Source: Eledone cirrhosa
Taxonomy: Eukaryota
NCBI GenBank assembly: GCA_964016885.1
Contig: OZ024757.1
Coordinates: 12,648,001 to 12,712,000 of the forward strand
Reading direction: 5' to 3'
Length of the DNA stretch: 64,000 nt
Shown one piece after another: positions 11,581 through 25,338 of the stretch. The notes below the pieces were generated by a model. It searched no databases and had not been told where the DNA came from. It saw only the letters and a program-made list of their open reading frames with translations. Numbering within the stretch: the stretch's first letter is position 1; every line of letters begins with the position of its first letter. The position numbers were made by a program, and so were the translations under genes.

Positions 11581-11619
11581 AATTCCAAAGAGAATATCAA
11601 TTATATGAGTGTGTGTATG

Positions 11620-13699
11620 ATGAACAATGAACATAAAACAAAAGACTACCTTGAGGAGAAGAATGTGGAAGTTGAAGGACCCCACAGCCAGTCACAAATT
11701 TAAAAGCTTATTACTTGATGCTTTTGACAGTAAGGAAGAGCAATTAGAGACGTACAATATAGAGGAACAGTGGAAATTCTTGAAAGTGAACCTGCTGAAA
11801 GCGACAGATGAAATCTGTAGCTGGAGCAGATCTATAGGCGGGAGGAGATTAACTTGGTGGTGAAACAGTAAGGTGAAGGAGACAATCATGGCCAAAAAGC
11901 AGGCTTGGAAAGTATGGCAGGATGGGGGTAGTAGAGAGCACTATCAAGTGGCCAGGAGGGAAGCTAGGAGACAAGTCTACCTTGCAAAAAGGGAGGCAGT
12001 GGATAGAAATATCAAGAATTTTCTACAAGAGGACCAAAAACGTGAGGTGTTCAGGATTGCTAGACAATATGTCAAGGAAAATCGTGATATTGTCAGGGAG
12101 AAGTGTGTCCGTAATGATAATGGTGTACTTGCCCTCACTTATACTGATAAGAAGATAGCTTGGAAGTGTCACTACGAGAGGCTACTAAGTGAGTAGTATA
12201 AATGGGAAAAAAGCTAGTCTAATAGAGGGACCAGCAGTGCAAATTAAAGGTAGTATAATAAGTAAGGCAATCAAAGATATGAAGACAGCTGGGCCTTCAG
12301 AGATAGATGCTGAGATGTTGAAAGCATCTGGAATGGTGGGACATACTATGGTCACCCAGATAGTAAACCAAGTAATACAGAATGGGGTCATACTAAAGGA
12401 CTGGTAAAGCAGCATCATCATTAACTGCTACAAGGGTAAAGGGGATGCTCTAGATAGTGGAAACTATAGAAGCATTAAGTTAGTTGACCAGGTCATGAAG
12501 GTCACAGAGAGCGAATTGATCTAGATGAAATGCAGTTTGAGTTTGTGTCGGGTAAAAGTACTACAGACGCTTTTTTTCTTGTACGACAACTACAGGAGAA
12601 GTACCTAGCTAAAAGTAAACCCCTCTACTTAGCTTTTGTAGACCTGGAGAAAGCCTTTGACAGAGTCCCCCGCTCTGTGGGCTCTTAGAAAACTAGGTGT
12701 AGATGAATGGCTTGTGAGATCTATACAAGCTATGTATAATGAAACAGTCAGTAAGGTTAGAATTAACAATGAATATTGTGAAGAATTTAGTGTAAAAGTT
12801 GGTGTTCATCAGGGCTCTGTCCTTAGCCCCCTGCTATTTATTTTTGTCCTTCAGGCTATAACAGAGGAGTTCAAGACCGGCTGCGCATGGGAACTCCTAT
12901 ACGCAGATCATCTAACTCTCATAGCTGAATCAATGGCTGAGCTAGAGAAGAAATTCCAAACATGCAAACATGGCCTAGAATCAAAAGGCCTTGAAGTTCA
13001 CTTGTCTAAGACTAAAGTTTTAGTTTGTAGAAAGGAAAACAGGGCACAGCTGCTCTCAGGGAATTGGCCATGCTCAGTGTGTAGGAAAGGAGTAGGCAGA
13101 AATTCCATTTTATGTCCCAAATGCAAAGTATGGGTACATAAAAGATGTAGTGGGATCACAGGTAAACTATCTAAGAATGTAGACTATGTGGCCGATGCTC
13201 AGGTGCAATAAGTAGCAAGTGTCCACAGGATACTAGCTCCTTCTATTGCCCAGATGGTTCTATAGAAATGGTAGATACTTTCCGTTACCTGGGTGACGAA
13301 ATCAGCAGTGGTGGAGCGTGTTTTGAAAGTACAGTAGCCAGAGTCAGAACAGGATGGAAAAAGTTCAGAAAGCTTATACCGCTGTTGGCCACAAAAGGTT
13401 TCTCTCTAAAAATGAAAGGCATATTGTATGATGCTTGTATACGAACAGCAATGCTACATGGCAGTGAGACCTGGGCATTGCGTGCAGAGGACCTGTGCAG
13501 ACTGGAAAGGAACGAAGCATGCATGCTCCGTTGGATGTGTAATAGTAATATATGTGAACGGAAAAGCATAAATGAACTAAGTGAGAAATTAGGAATAAGA
13601 GGGATCAGATGCTGTTTACTTGAGAGAAGACTACGTTGATATGGCCACGGGATGCGCATGTAAGACGACAGGTGCATAAAAAAGTGCAGGGCGATCAAA
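11620..13699 (+). mobile_element. RTE LINE family 1, degraded copy C
   Basis: Linker (TWW), DLEKAFD, GVHQGSVLSP, PHD and FRYLG motifs with several stops and frameshifts. Confidence 0.93.
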
Positions 13700-14865
13700 A
13701 ATATATTGTTATCATGACTGTCTTTATTATTTAATTACCTCCATCTATTTAATTATCTTCACTACCTTACATTATAAAATATAGTTTATATTTAGCTGTA
13801 CCTTGTTGTTGCTTTAAGTAAATTAAAGATATCTTTATTATCTAAATTACCTTCGTCTATTTAATTATGTGGTTCACTACCTTACATTATAAAATATATT
13901 TTATATTTAGCTGTACCTTATTGTTTCAGGGAAGTTTTGTTCGTTTTAGTCTAAATCAATTTTGATATAATTTACTTCATCTACATCATCATCATAGTTT
14001 TACTTCCATTTTTCAGTCCTGGCAGGGGTTGGATGGGTCCTTTTAAGCACAGCATCTCCCCACTCGCTTGTTCCTTCGTTATCTCCTCAGTAAGTCTCAG
14101 TAATTTGAGATCAGCTCTCACCACATCTACCCTGGTCTCCCTCTAGTATGGCTTCCCTCTTCTGGTATTCTTTAACCAGTGATCACCATCCATGGATATC
14201 ACATGTCCCTACCAAAGCAGTCTTCTCTCTTGCACACCACTTAGGTTTCCTCTGAAGTCCAAATTCTTCCTCAATTTATCCCAGCTCTGACTTCCTCTCA
14301 CATTTACGTTGCACATGTAATGAAGCATGGTTGCTCCATTTCTCTCCACCTAGATAGCGGAAACTATCATTGTGTACAGTTTATGCCTACTCCTTTCCTA
14401 CATATGCATTAGGCTCACTTATTCTCTAGTTCTTTTATGGATTCAGCTGTAAGGACCAGATCATTCACATTAGACTGTTTCCCGTGAACAGCCAGTCTTA
14501 AACCCATTGGTTATGGCCTGGAGAACTATGAAGAACAGCAGTGGGTTGTGAACTGGACCATGATGAACACCTACCTGTACATTGAATTCTTCATTAAACT
14601 CCCTTCCTACTCTCGCTTTACTGACAGCTCCTCTGTACAAGGCTTGCACTGCTCTCACAAGCCATTCTTCTACACCTAATTTTCTGAAGGACCACCAGAT
14701 AACAGAGTAAGGTACTCTGTCAAAGGCCTTTTTTAGATCTATAAAAGCTAAATATTGCAGCTTAATCTCTTGTAGTTGTGTCACTAACAAGTTTTATCAG
14801 TAATTCCAAAGAGAATATCAATTATATGTGTATGTGTGTTGAACAATGAACATAAAACAAAAGAC
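13698..14865. repeat. Dispersed copy of a duplication-unit segment (AT-rich block plus minus-strand RTE fragment)
   Basis: Matches ~39828-40988 and ~49730-50890; has a local ~115-bp tandem duplication at ~13720-13920. Confidence 0.88.
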
Positions 14866-15940
14866 TACCTTGAGGAGAAGAATATGGAAGTTGAAGGACC
14901 CCACAGCAAGTAAGGAAGAGCAATTAGAAGACGTACAATATAGAGGAACAGTGGAAATTCTTGAAAGTGAACCTGCTGAAAGCGACGGATAAAATCTGTG
15001 GCTGGAGCAGACCTATAGGCAGGAGGAGAGTAACTTGATGGTGGAACAGTAAGGTGGAGGAGACAATCAAGGCCAAAAAGCAGGCTTGGAAAATATGGCA
15101 GGATGGGGGTAGTAGAGAGCAATATCAAGTGGCCAGGAGAGAAGCTAGGAGACAAGTGTACCTTGCAAAAAGGGTAGCAGAGGATAGAAAGATGAAGCAT
15201 TTTCTGCAACAAGAGGACCAAAAACGTGAGGTGTTCAGGATTTCTAGGCAATGTGTCAAGGAAAATCATGATATTGTCGGGGAGAAGTGAGTCCGTAATG
15301 ATAATGGTGTACTTGCCCTCACTTATACTGATAAGAAGATAACTTGGAAGTGTCACTACGAGAGGCTTCTAAATGAGGAGAATAAATGGGAAAAAGATAG
15401 TCTGCAACAAATTGATCCAATAGTGGGACCAGCAGTGCAAGTTAAAGGTAGTATAATAAGTAAGGCAATCAAAGATATGAAGACGGGTAAGGCGACTGAG
15501 CCTTTGGAGATAGTTGCTGAGATGTTGAAGGTGTCTGGTATGGTGGGACATACTATGGTCACCCAGATAGTAAACCAAGTAATACAGAATGGGGGCATAC
15601 CAAAGGACTGGTGTAGCAGTCATTAACTGTAAAGGGGATGCTCTAGATAGGGGAAACTATAGAGGCATTAAGTTAGTTGACCAGGTCATGAAGGTCACAG
15701 AGAGCGAATTGATCTAGATGAAATGCAGTTTGAGTTTGTGTCAGGTAAAAGTACCACAGACGCTCTTTTCCTTGTACGACAACTACAGGAGAAGTACCTA
15801 GTTAAAAGTAAACCCCTCTACTTAGCTTTTGTAGACCTGGAGAAAGCCTTTGACAGAGTCCTCCGCTCCATTATCTGGTGGGCTCTTAGAAAACTAGGTG
15901 TATAATGAATGGCTTATCAGAGCTATACAAGCCATGTATA
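14840..15940 (+). mobile_element. RTE LINE family 1, fragment D (duplicate of the 5' part of copy C)
   Basis: Shares the 5' junction and the internal deletion (GTCACAGAGAGCGAATTG) with copy C; ends at IRAIQAMY. Confidence 0.9.
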
Positions 15941-15990
15941 TATGTATATATATATATATACAAATGTATATATATATATATATACAAATG

Positions 15991-16022
<32 letters not shown>

Positions 16023-16222
16023 TACAAATGTATATATGTATATATATATATATATACAAATGTATATATATATATGTCATCATTATCATCATCATCATCA
16101 TATGTATATATATATATATATATATACAAATGTATATATGTATATATATATATATATATATACAAATGTATATATGTATATATATATATATATATACAAA
16201 TGTATATATATATATGTATATG

Positions 16223-16283
<61 letters not shown>

Positions 16284-16286
16284 GTA
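15936..16286. repeat. TA-rich minisatellite (TA)nCAAATG(TA)n with a (CAT)n island
   Basis: Read directly. Confidence 0.95.
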
Positions 16287-19046
16287 CAAGAATGCACCTC
16301 CCAACATAGACTGATAATTAGCGACCTAATAGTCAGGACGAGACGTACTAGACAACAGAAGAGGACTATCCTCAGGAGAAAAATATGGAAGCTAAAGGAC
16401 CCCACAGCCAAAAATAAATTTCAAAGCATATTATTTGATGCTTTCGACAGTAAGGAAGAGCATTTAGAGTCGGACAATATAGAGGGACAGTGGGAATTTC
16501 TGAAAGCAAACCTGCTGATGGCGACAGATGAAGTCTGTGGCTGGAGCAGGCCTGTTGGCAGGAGGAAAGTAACATGGTGGTGGAACAGTAAGGTGGAGGA
16601 GTCAATTAAGGCCAAAAAGCAGGCTTGGAAAGTATGGCGGGATGGGGGAAGTAGAGAAGACTATCAAGTGGCCAGGAGGGAAGCTAGGAGACAAGTGTAC
16701 TTCGCAAGAAGGGAAGCAGAGGAAAGAAAGTTGAAGCATGTTCTACAACGCGAGGACCAAAAACGTGAGGTGTTCAGGATTGCTAGGCAATGTGTCAAGG
16801 AAAACAGTGATATTGTCGGGGAGAAGTGTGTACTTAATGATGACGGCGTACTTGCCATCACCGACGCTGATAAGAAGGTAGCTTGGAAGTGTCACTATGA
16901 AAGGCTACTAAATGAGGAGAATAAATGGGAGAAAGACAGTCTCCCCCACATCGACCCAATAGAGGGACCAGCAGTGTTAGTCGAGGGTAGTATAATAAGT
17001 AAGGCAATCAAAGATATGAAGACGGGTAAGGCGGCTGGGCCTTCGGAAATAGTTGCCGAGATGCTGAAGGCATCTGGTACGGTGGAACACACCATGGTCA
17101 CCCGGATAGTCAACCAAGTCATACAGAATGGGGCCGTTCCGAAGGACTGGCGTAGCAGCATCATCGTTAACTGTTATAAGGGTAAAGGAGATGCCCTAGA
17201 TAGGAGTAACTATAGAGGCATTAAATTAATCGACCAGGTCATGAAGGTCACGGAAAAAGTAATAGCGCAACTAATCAGAGAGCGAATTGATCTAGATGAA
17301 ATGCAGTTCGGGTTTGTGTCAGGAAAAAGTACCACAGACACTCTTTTCATTGTACGACAACTACAGGAGAAGTACCTAGCTAAAAGTAAACCCCTATAAT
17401 TAGCTTTCGTCGACTTGGAGAAAGCCTTCGACAGAGTCCCCCCGTTCCATTATCTGGTGGGCTCTTAGAAAACTAGGTGTTGATGAATGGCTTGTGAGAG
17501 CTATACAAGCCATGTATAAAGAAACAGTCAGCAAGGTTAGAATTAACAACGAATATAGTGAAGATTTTAGTGTAAAAGTTGGTGTTCATCAGGGCTCTGT
17601 TCTTAGCCCCCTACTATTTATTATTGCCCTCCAGGCTATAACAGTGGAGTTCAAGACCGGCTTCCCATGGGAACTCCTATACGCAGATGATCTAACGCTC
17701 ATAGCTGAAACAATGGCCGAGCTAGAGAAGAAATTCCAAACATGGAAGCACGGCCTAGAATCAAAAGGCCTTAAAATTAACCTGGCTAAGACTAAAGTTC
17801 TAGTTTGTAAGAAAGAAAATAAGGCGGCGGTCCCCTCCGGGAAGTGGCCATGCTCAGTGTGTAGGAAAGGCATAGGTAGAAACTCCATTTTGTGTCCCAA
17901 ATGCAAAGTTTGGGTGCATAAAAGATGTAGTGGGATCACAGGTAAGCTAACTAAGAACATAGATTTTACATGTGGCCGGTGTTCTGGGGCAATAAGTAGC
18001 AGCAAGTGCCCAAAAAATACTAGCTCTTTCAACTGCGCAGAGGGTTCTATAGAAATAGTGGACAGCTTCCGTTACCTGGGTGACAAAATCAGCAGTGGGG
18101 GAGGGTGCTCTGAAAGTACAGTAGCTAGAGTCAGAACTGGGTGGAAAAAGTTCAGAGAGCTCATACCACTATTAGCCGCTAAAGGGTTCTCCCTAAAAAT
18201 GAAAGGCAGGTTGTACGATGCCTGCATACGAACAGCAATGTTGCATGGCAGTGAGACCTGGGCATTGTGTGCAGAGGATATACGCAGACTAGAGAGAAAC
18301 GAAGCTTGCATGCTCCGCTGGATGTGTAATAGTAATATACGTGAACGGCAAAGCATAAACGAACTAAGGAAAAAATTAGAAATAAGAGGGATCAGATGTT
18401 GTTTACTCGAGAGAAGGCTACGTTCGTATGGTCACGTGATGCGCATGAAGGACGATAGCTGTATAACAAAGTGCAGGGCAATAAAGATAGACGGTAGCTG
18501 TATAACAAAGTGCAGGGCAATAAAGATAGACGGTAGCCACGGAATAGGCAGACCCAGAAAAACCTGGGACGAGCTGATAAATTCCGACCTCACACACTTA
18601 CACCTCACCAAGACAATGTCACTGGACCGAGACCTTTGGCGGTACTCAGTAATACAGAAGACCCGCCTTACCTAAATACAAAGTAAAACCTACTACAGTC
18701 AGTAGGCATCTCTAACAAAATACACCCCCGTCCCACCAACCCCACCCCAGCCACACCGCCCCTTTCAATGTAAAGTTATGTTGGTGCCACAACATCCAGG
18801 CCGAAACAGATGAGATCGTGTAGGTGTCACGTCAAAAAAACACACAGTTCACGCTGTAATGTGGCCGTGTAGGCAACACGGTAAAAACCTCCCAGTCCCA
18901 CACTGTAAATGTGGTTGGTGTTAGGAAGGGCATCCAGATGTAGAAAACCCGCCAGATAGTCCTATGCGATCAAGATAACCACTCTTGCCTCAAGTGGGAA
19001 AACCCTCCGTCCAAACCCATGCAAGCATGGAACACGAACGTTAAAC

Positions 19047-19077
<31 letters not shown>
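16287..19077 (+). mobile_element. RTE LINE family 1, longest copy E (end of AP endonuclease, RT, PHD, 3' UTR)
   Basis: [43 protein letters not shown]>TAA stop at 17397, +1 frameshift near 17440, 39-bp in-frame duplication near 18457-18537, (GAT)n tail. Confidence 0.97.
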
Positions 19078-19083
19078 TATGTA

Positions 19084-20442
<1,359 letters not shown>

Positions 20443-20443
20443 G

Positions 20444-21780
20444 TGGATCAGGTTATGAAAGGGTTAAACTAGATGAGATGCAGTTTGGTTTTGTGCCTGG
20501 GAAAAGTACAACAGATGCCCTCTTCTTGGTGAGACAATTACAAGAGAGGTTCTTAGAGATGAAGAAGCCACTATACTCTATACTGAGCCTTTGTTGACGT
20601 AGAGAAGGCCTTTGATAGGGTACCCCGATCTGTCACCTGGTCGTCCCTAAGGAAACTAGGTGTTGAGGAATGGCTTGTGAGGACAGTGCAAACTTTGTAC
20701 AGAGGTACTGTCAGTAAAGTCAGAGTAGGAAAGGAGTTTAGTGAGGAATTCCAGATACAAGTAGGTGTACGTCAAGGTTCCGTCCTCAGCCCACTCTTGT
20801 TCATTATAGTCCTCCAAGCCATAACAAAGGAGTTTAAGACTGGATGTCCATGGGAATTTTTCTATACTGATGATCTGGTTCTTAGAGCAGAATCAGTAGA
20901 GGAGCTAGAGAATAAATTCTGGCTATGGAAACAGCAGTTGGAAGCCAGAGGGCTGAGGTTGAACCTAGCTAAGACAAAAGTGTTGAGTAGAAAAGAGGAC
21001 AAAACTCTGATTTTGTCAGGGAAATGGCCATGTTCGATATGCAGAAAAGGAACTGGCATAAATTCTATAAAATGCACACAATGCAGATACTGGGTACACA
21101 AGAGATGTAGCGGGTTAGCAGGCAAACTAACAGGTAGGGAGAAATACGTAGACAGTGATAGACACATTTTTCGAATGCAGGCGGGTGCTATAGAAGTGGT
21201 AGATAGCTTCTGGTACCTAGGAGATCAGATTAGCGTGGGAGGGGGTTGTTCCGAGGCTTTAGTATCTAGAATAAGGACGGGTTGGAAGAGGTTTAGGGAG
21301 CTGCTGTCAAAGAAGGGTTTCTCCCTGCGTACGAAAGGCCGGTTATATGATGCCCATGTGAGGAGCGCGATGCAGCATGGTAGTGAGACGTGAGACATGG
21401 GCAGCAACTGAAGAGGATATGCGACGGCTGGAGAGAAATGAGGCAAGCATGCTCCGTTGGATGTGCAATGTCAATGTGTGTGAACGACCCAGCATAGTTG
21501 TGTTGAGAGAGAAACTGTGTCTGAGAGAGATAGGATGTAGAGATCGGGAGAGGAGACTGAGGTGGTATGGACATGTCATGCGCATGGAGGAAGACTGATG
21601 GGTGAAGAAGTGCCAGGAAATGACAGTTGAAGGAAGACATATTAGAGGTAGACCACGAAAAACATGGGCTGAGGTGGTGAGAACAGACCTCAGATTGCTG
21701 AAACTCACGGTGGAGATGACAATGGACCGTCACAAATCGAGAGATGCTGTTCTGAATAAAACCCGTCCCACCCTTGCAAG
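20444..21780 (+). mobile_element. RTE LINE family 2, 3' half (inverted relative to its own 5' half)
   Basis: DQVMK, QFGF, GVRQGSVLSPLLF, YTDD, partial PHD, GRPRKTW, KTRPTLAS. Confidence 0.93.
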
Positions 21781-23007
21781 CTGATCCATCAGTTTTATAC
21801 CCCTATAATTGCTCCTCTCCAGAGCATCCCTTTTACCTTTGTAGCAATTTATGTGAATACTGCTGCACCAGTCTTTGGGTATGAGACCACCATATATAGC
21901 CTGATTGATGATACGTGCAACCAGTTTAGTGCCTACGTACCCTGATGCCTTCAGCATCTCAGCAACTATCCCCGACGGTCCAGAAGCCTTACCATTTTTT
22001 ATTTCCTTAGTCGCCTCTTGTACCCTATATTCGTCAATCTCAATAGCTGGTCCCTCTGTCGGATCTACTGAGGGTAATTTCTCTCTCTCCCATTCGTGCT
22101 CCACATTCATCAGTCTCTCATAATGACATTTCCAGGCTTCCTTTTTCTGATCATTCGTGACACTAAGTACACCGGGATCATTCCGGACACATTTATCTCC
22201 AGCAACATCCTGCTTTGAATTGACACACTGCCTTGCAATGTGGAACACCGCACACCTCTGATCTTCCCATCGAAGAACATTGGCAAACCTTCTACTCTCA
22301 GCCTCTCTGCGTGCTAAGTTCACCTGACGTCTAGCTTCTCACTTAGCGGCTGTATATCCCTCTCTACTCCCACCCTTTTTCCAAGCTTTCCATGATAGTC
22401 TTTTGTCTCTAATGGCCTTATCTACTGTGTTGTTCCACCACCTCGTCACTCACTGTCTGGTTGGAGCTCTGCTCCAGCCACAAGTTTCATCGGTAAGAAA
22501 TTCCAGTTTTCATCTGTCATACATCTCTAAATCGTCTTATTTTTCGTCATATACATCTTGAAGGGCTTTCCTAAATTTGTATTTTAGTGAAAGCTCTTTT
22601 AGCTTCCCGACCTTTCTTTTACACACCTTCCTGTATGTCTCATTCCATCTCTTGCTTACTGAGATATCACTAACGACTAACCTATGTTGTGGGGTACATT
22701 CTTCCCCAGGGTATGCCTTGGTATTAGACACTATCTGCCTGTCCAACTGCCTAACTAGTAAGTAGTCAATCTGGCTTATGTGTTCGCCTGATTTGTAGGT
22801 TATTAGGTGGTTGGCAGGTTTCTGGAAGTTTGTGTTGCAAACAGTTCATGTACTTGCATCACAAAATTCAAGAAGTCTCACTCCTTCTTCATTTCTTGAG
22901 CCGTAACCGTGCCCACCATGTACCCCAATGTAACGATCCTGTACCTGTCCAACATGACCATTGAAGTCTCCTACTAGCATAATGATGTCTCCGTCCTCTG
23001 TCATTGC
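21781..23007 (-). mobile_element. RTE LINE family 2, 5' half (AP endonuclease and linker up to YRGIKLMDQ)
   Basis: GDFNGHVG, RNEEGVRLLEFC, SQIDY, ECTPQHRLVVSD, ASGPSG motifs. Confidence 0.93.
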
Positions 23008-23411
23008 ATATATATACATATATATATATATGTATTTATATATATATATGTGTATATGTATATATATGTGTATATGTATATATTTATATATATGTATATG
23101 TGTATATATATGTGTGTGTGTGTGTATATATTTATATATGTAAATGTTAAACCTGTGTTGACATGTCATCAGCAGATGATAGCTACGTTAGAAAGTCCTA
23201 TCAGAATGAATTTTTCACTAAACTGCCATAGAGCAGACCTCTCTAGAGATAGAAGGATATAATTTACAGAGCATGCTTGAATACCACTGTTTACATTGGA
23301 GAGAATTACTCTGGACAGGAGAGTTGACATCTATAGTTTATCAATATAGAAATATAAAATTTCCACTGTTAAATCTATCTCTGCTTCTAAAGTATTCTGT
23401 ATTATCTCATA

Positions 23412-23431
23412 CTGTTTCTTTTCCATTTCAG
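23412..23431 (+). promoter_or_regulatory. Putative 3' splice acceptor of the ZNF coding exon
   Basis: Pyrimidine tract plus TTTCAG; conserved upstream of all five ZNF ORFs (AG at 23430, 31035, 43727, 53630; 61833 on minus). Confidence 0.55.
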
Positions 23432-23775
23432 AATACCAGATTACATTGGCATAAATTATTATTTTCAATCTTGGATACACCACCTATATTTATCATCATT
23501 TGAAGACTAAAACATTTTAAACAGAACTTATATAACACTGTTTATATAAATCTATAGTACAATTACTGTGAAATATTTCCTCAGAACTGAGTTTATTTTC
23601 TTCACTATGAGATGGTTTTGTATTTTAACTAAACTTGGGTGAAACATAAGTTTTTATTATCTTCATATATTAACTGAAATCACAGTTGAGGAAATATAGA
23701 AGATATATTTAGGAATATAATATAAGAAATATTACAAGTAAATCAATTGTATATTCTGTTGAAGAAAATATCATT

Positions 23776-24390
23776 ATGCCAAATAAATTGAGTGAGAAGA
23801 TTAAATGTGGAACACAATCTAAAGTGTTTAGTATTGCTGGTGAAATGATGAAGGCTAGAGAAGAGAAGCCATATCACTGTGATATCTGTGGTAAATCATT
23901 CTCTAATAGTAGTCACTTAATTAGACACAAACATATACATACAGGAGACAAGCCATATCACTGTGATATCTGTGGTAAATCATTCTCTCAAGGTAGTAAC
24001 TTGACTAGCCACAAATGTACCCATACAGGAGACAAGCCACATCACTGTGATATCTGTGGTAAATCATTCTCTCGAAGTGGTACCTTAACTAGCCACAAAC
24101 GTATACATACAGGAGACAAGCCATATCACTGTGATATCTGTGGTAAATCATTCTCTAAAAGTAATGCCTTAACTAGCCACAAACGTTTACATACAGGAGA
24201 CAAGCCATACTACTGTGATATCCGTGGTAAATCATTCTATGTAAGTGGTCACTTAACTGGACACAAACGTATACATACAGGAGACAAGCCATATCACTGT
24301 GATATCTGTGGTAAATCATTCTCTCAAAGTAGTACCTTAACTAGACACAAACATATACATACAGGAGAATACAAATATATATCAGTGTAA
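23776..24390 (+). CDS. C2H2 zinc-finger protein, 6 fingers (5th has C>R)
   Basis: 204-aa ORF with tandem [10 protein letters not shown]...H units and TGDKPY linkers after a 30-aa leader; no recognisable effector domain. Confidence 0.85.
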   Translation: MPNKLSEKIKCGTQSKVFSIAGEMMKAREEKPYHCDICGKSFSNSSHLIRHKHIHTGDKPYHCDICGKSFSQGSNLTSHKCTHTGDKPHHCDICGKSFSRSGTLTSHKRIHTGDKPYHCDICGKSFSKSNALTSHKRLHTGDKPYYCDIRGKSFYVSGHLTGHKRIHTGDKPYHCDICGKSFSQSSTLTRHKHIHTGEYKYISV

Positions 24391-24538
24391 TATCTGTGGT
24401 AAATCATTCTCTTTCAATGCTACATTAACTTCACACAAACATATACAGGTGGGAACCCATATCACTTTGATATGTTTGGAAAATATATCTTTTAATGGAG
24501 CAATTTAACTAAATATATACATAGATGAGGGAAACCAT

Positions 24539-24684
24539 ATCATCATCATCATTTTACATCCGCTTTTCCCTGCTTGCAAGGGTGGGATGGGTCCTATTCA
24601 GCAAAGCATCTCTTCACTTGTCACGGTCCTTCGTCATCTCCACCGTGAGCTTCGAACGTCTGCTCTCGCCACCTCCACCCATGT
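24539..24684 (-). mobile_element. RTE family 2-like 3' end inserted in a degenerate finger
   Basis: (CAT)n TTTTACATCCGCTTTTCCCTGCTTGCAAGGG; same insertion at ~33840, ~44232, ~54135, so it predates the duplications. Confidence 0.8.
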
Positions 24685-25250
24685 AAATCATTTTCTAATT
24701 TTGGTTTCACTACACACTAACATATACAGGAGAGGAACCATATCACTGTGATATCTGTGATAAATGCTTCTCTAAATGTTGTGGCTTCACTAGACACTAA
24801 CATATAGGAGAGGAACTATATCACTGTGTTGTCTGGTAAATAATTTTCTAAATGTTGAGGATTCACTACACACTAACATACAGGAAAGGCGCCATATCAC
24901 TGATGTCTGTGGTAAATCCTTCTCGAAATGTAGCTTCACTAGACACTAACATACAGGAGAGGAACCATATCACTGTGATGTCTGTGATAAATCATTCTCT
25001 AAATGTTGTGGCTTCCCTACACACTAACATATACAGGAGAGGAACTATATCACTGTGATGTCTGTGATAAATCATTCTCTAAATGTTGTGGCTTCACTAC
25101 ACACTAACATATACAGGAGAGGAACTATATCACTGTGATGTCTGTGATAAATCATTCTCTAAATGTTGTGGCTTCACTAGACAATAACATATACAAGAGA
25201 GGAACCATATTACTGTGATGTCTGTGGTAAATCATTCTCTTGTAAAGGTT
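24685..25250 (+). repeat. Zinc-finger-derived 80-bp tandem repeat (non-coding)
   Basis: GGAGAGGAACTATATCACTGTGATGTCTGTGATAAATCATTCTCTAAATGTTGTGGCTTCACTACACACTAACATATACA; period 80 (25036, 25116, 25196). Confidence 0.9.
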
Positions 25251-25332
25251 ACTTAATGAAACAGAAACTCAATCAGACAAGATAAAAACCATGTCACTCA
25301 CCTAAAATAGTGCCACCAATGTTAATATTTTG

Positions 25333-25338
25333 AATAAA
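25333..25338 (+). promoter_or_regulatory. Candidate polyadenylation signal of the ZNF transcript
   Basis: AATAAA at the same position in four paralogs (25333, 34257, 45165, 55068); weak evidence in AT-rich DNA. Confidence 0.35.

Noticed and set aside
15909-17399. 496-aa ORF as a novel fusion protein
   Set aside because: The N-terminal ~125 aa are microsatellite read-through into a truncated RTE ORF.
16287-19077. Active autonomous LINE
   Set aside because: Lacks most of the endonuclease and has a stop and a frameshift in the RT.
20444-23007. Twin-priming 5' inversion
   Set aside because: Twin priming joins the truncated 5' end to the start of the 3' segment; here the element's 3' end is joined to the internal breakpoint.
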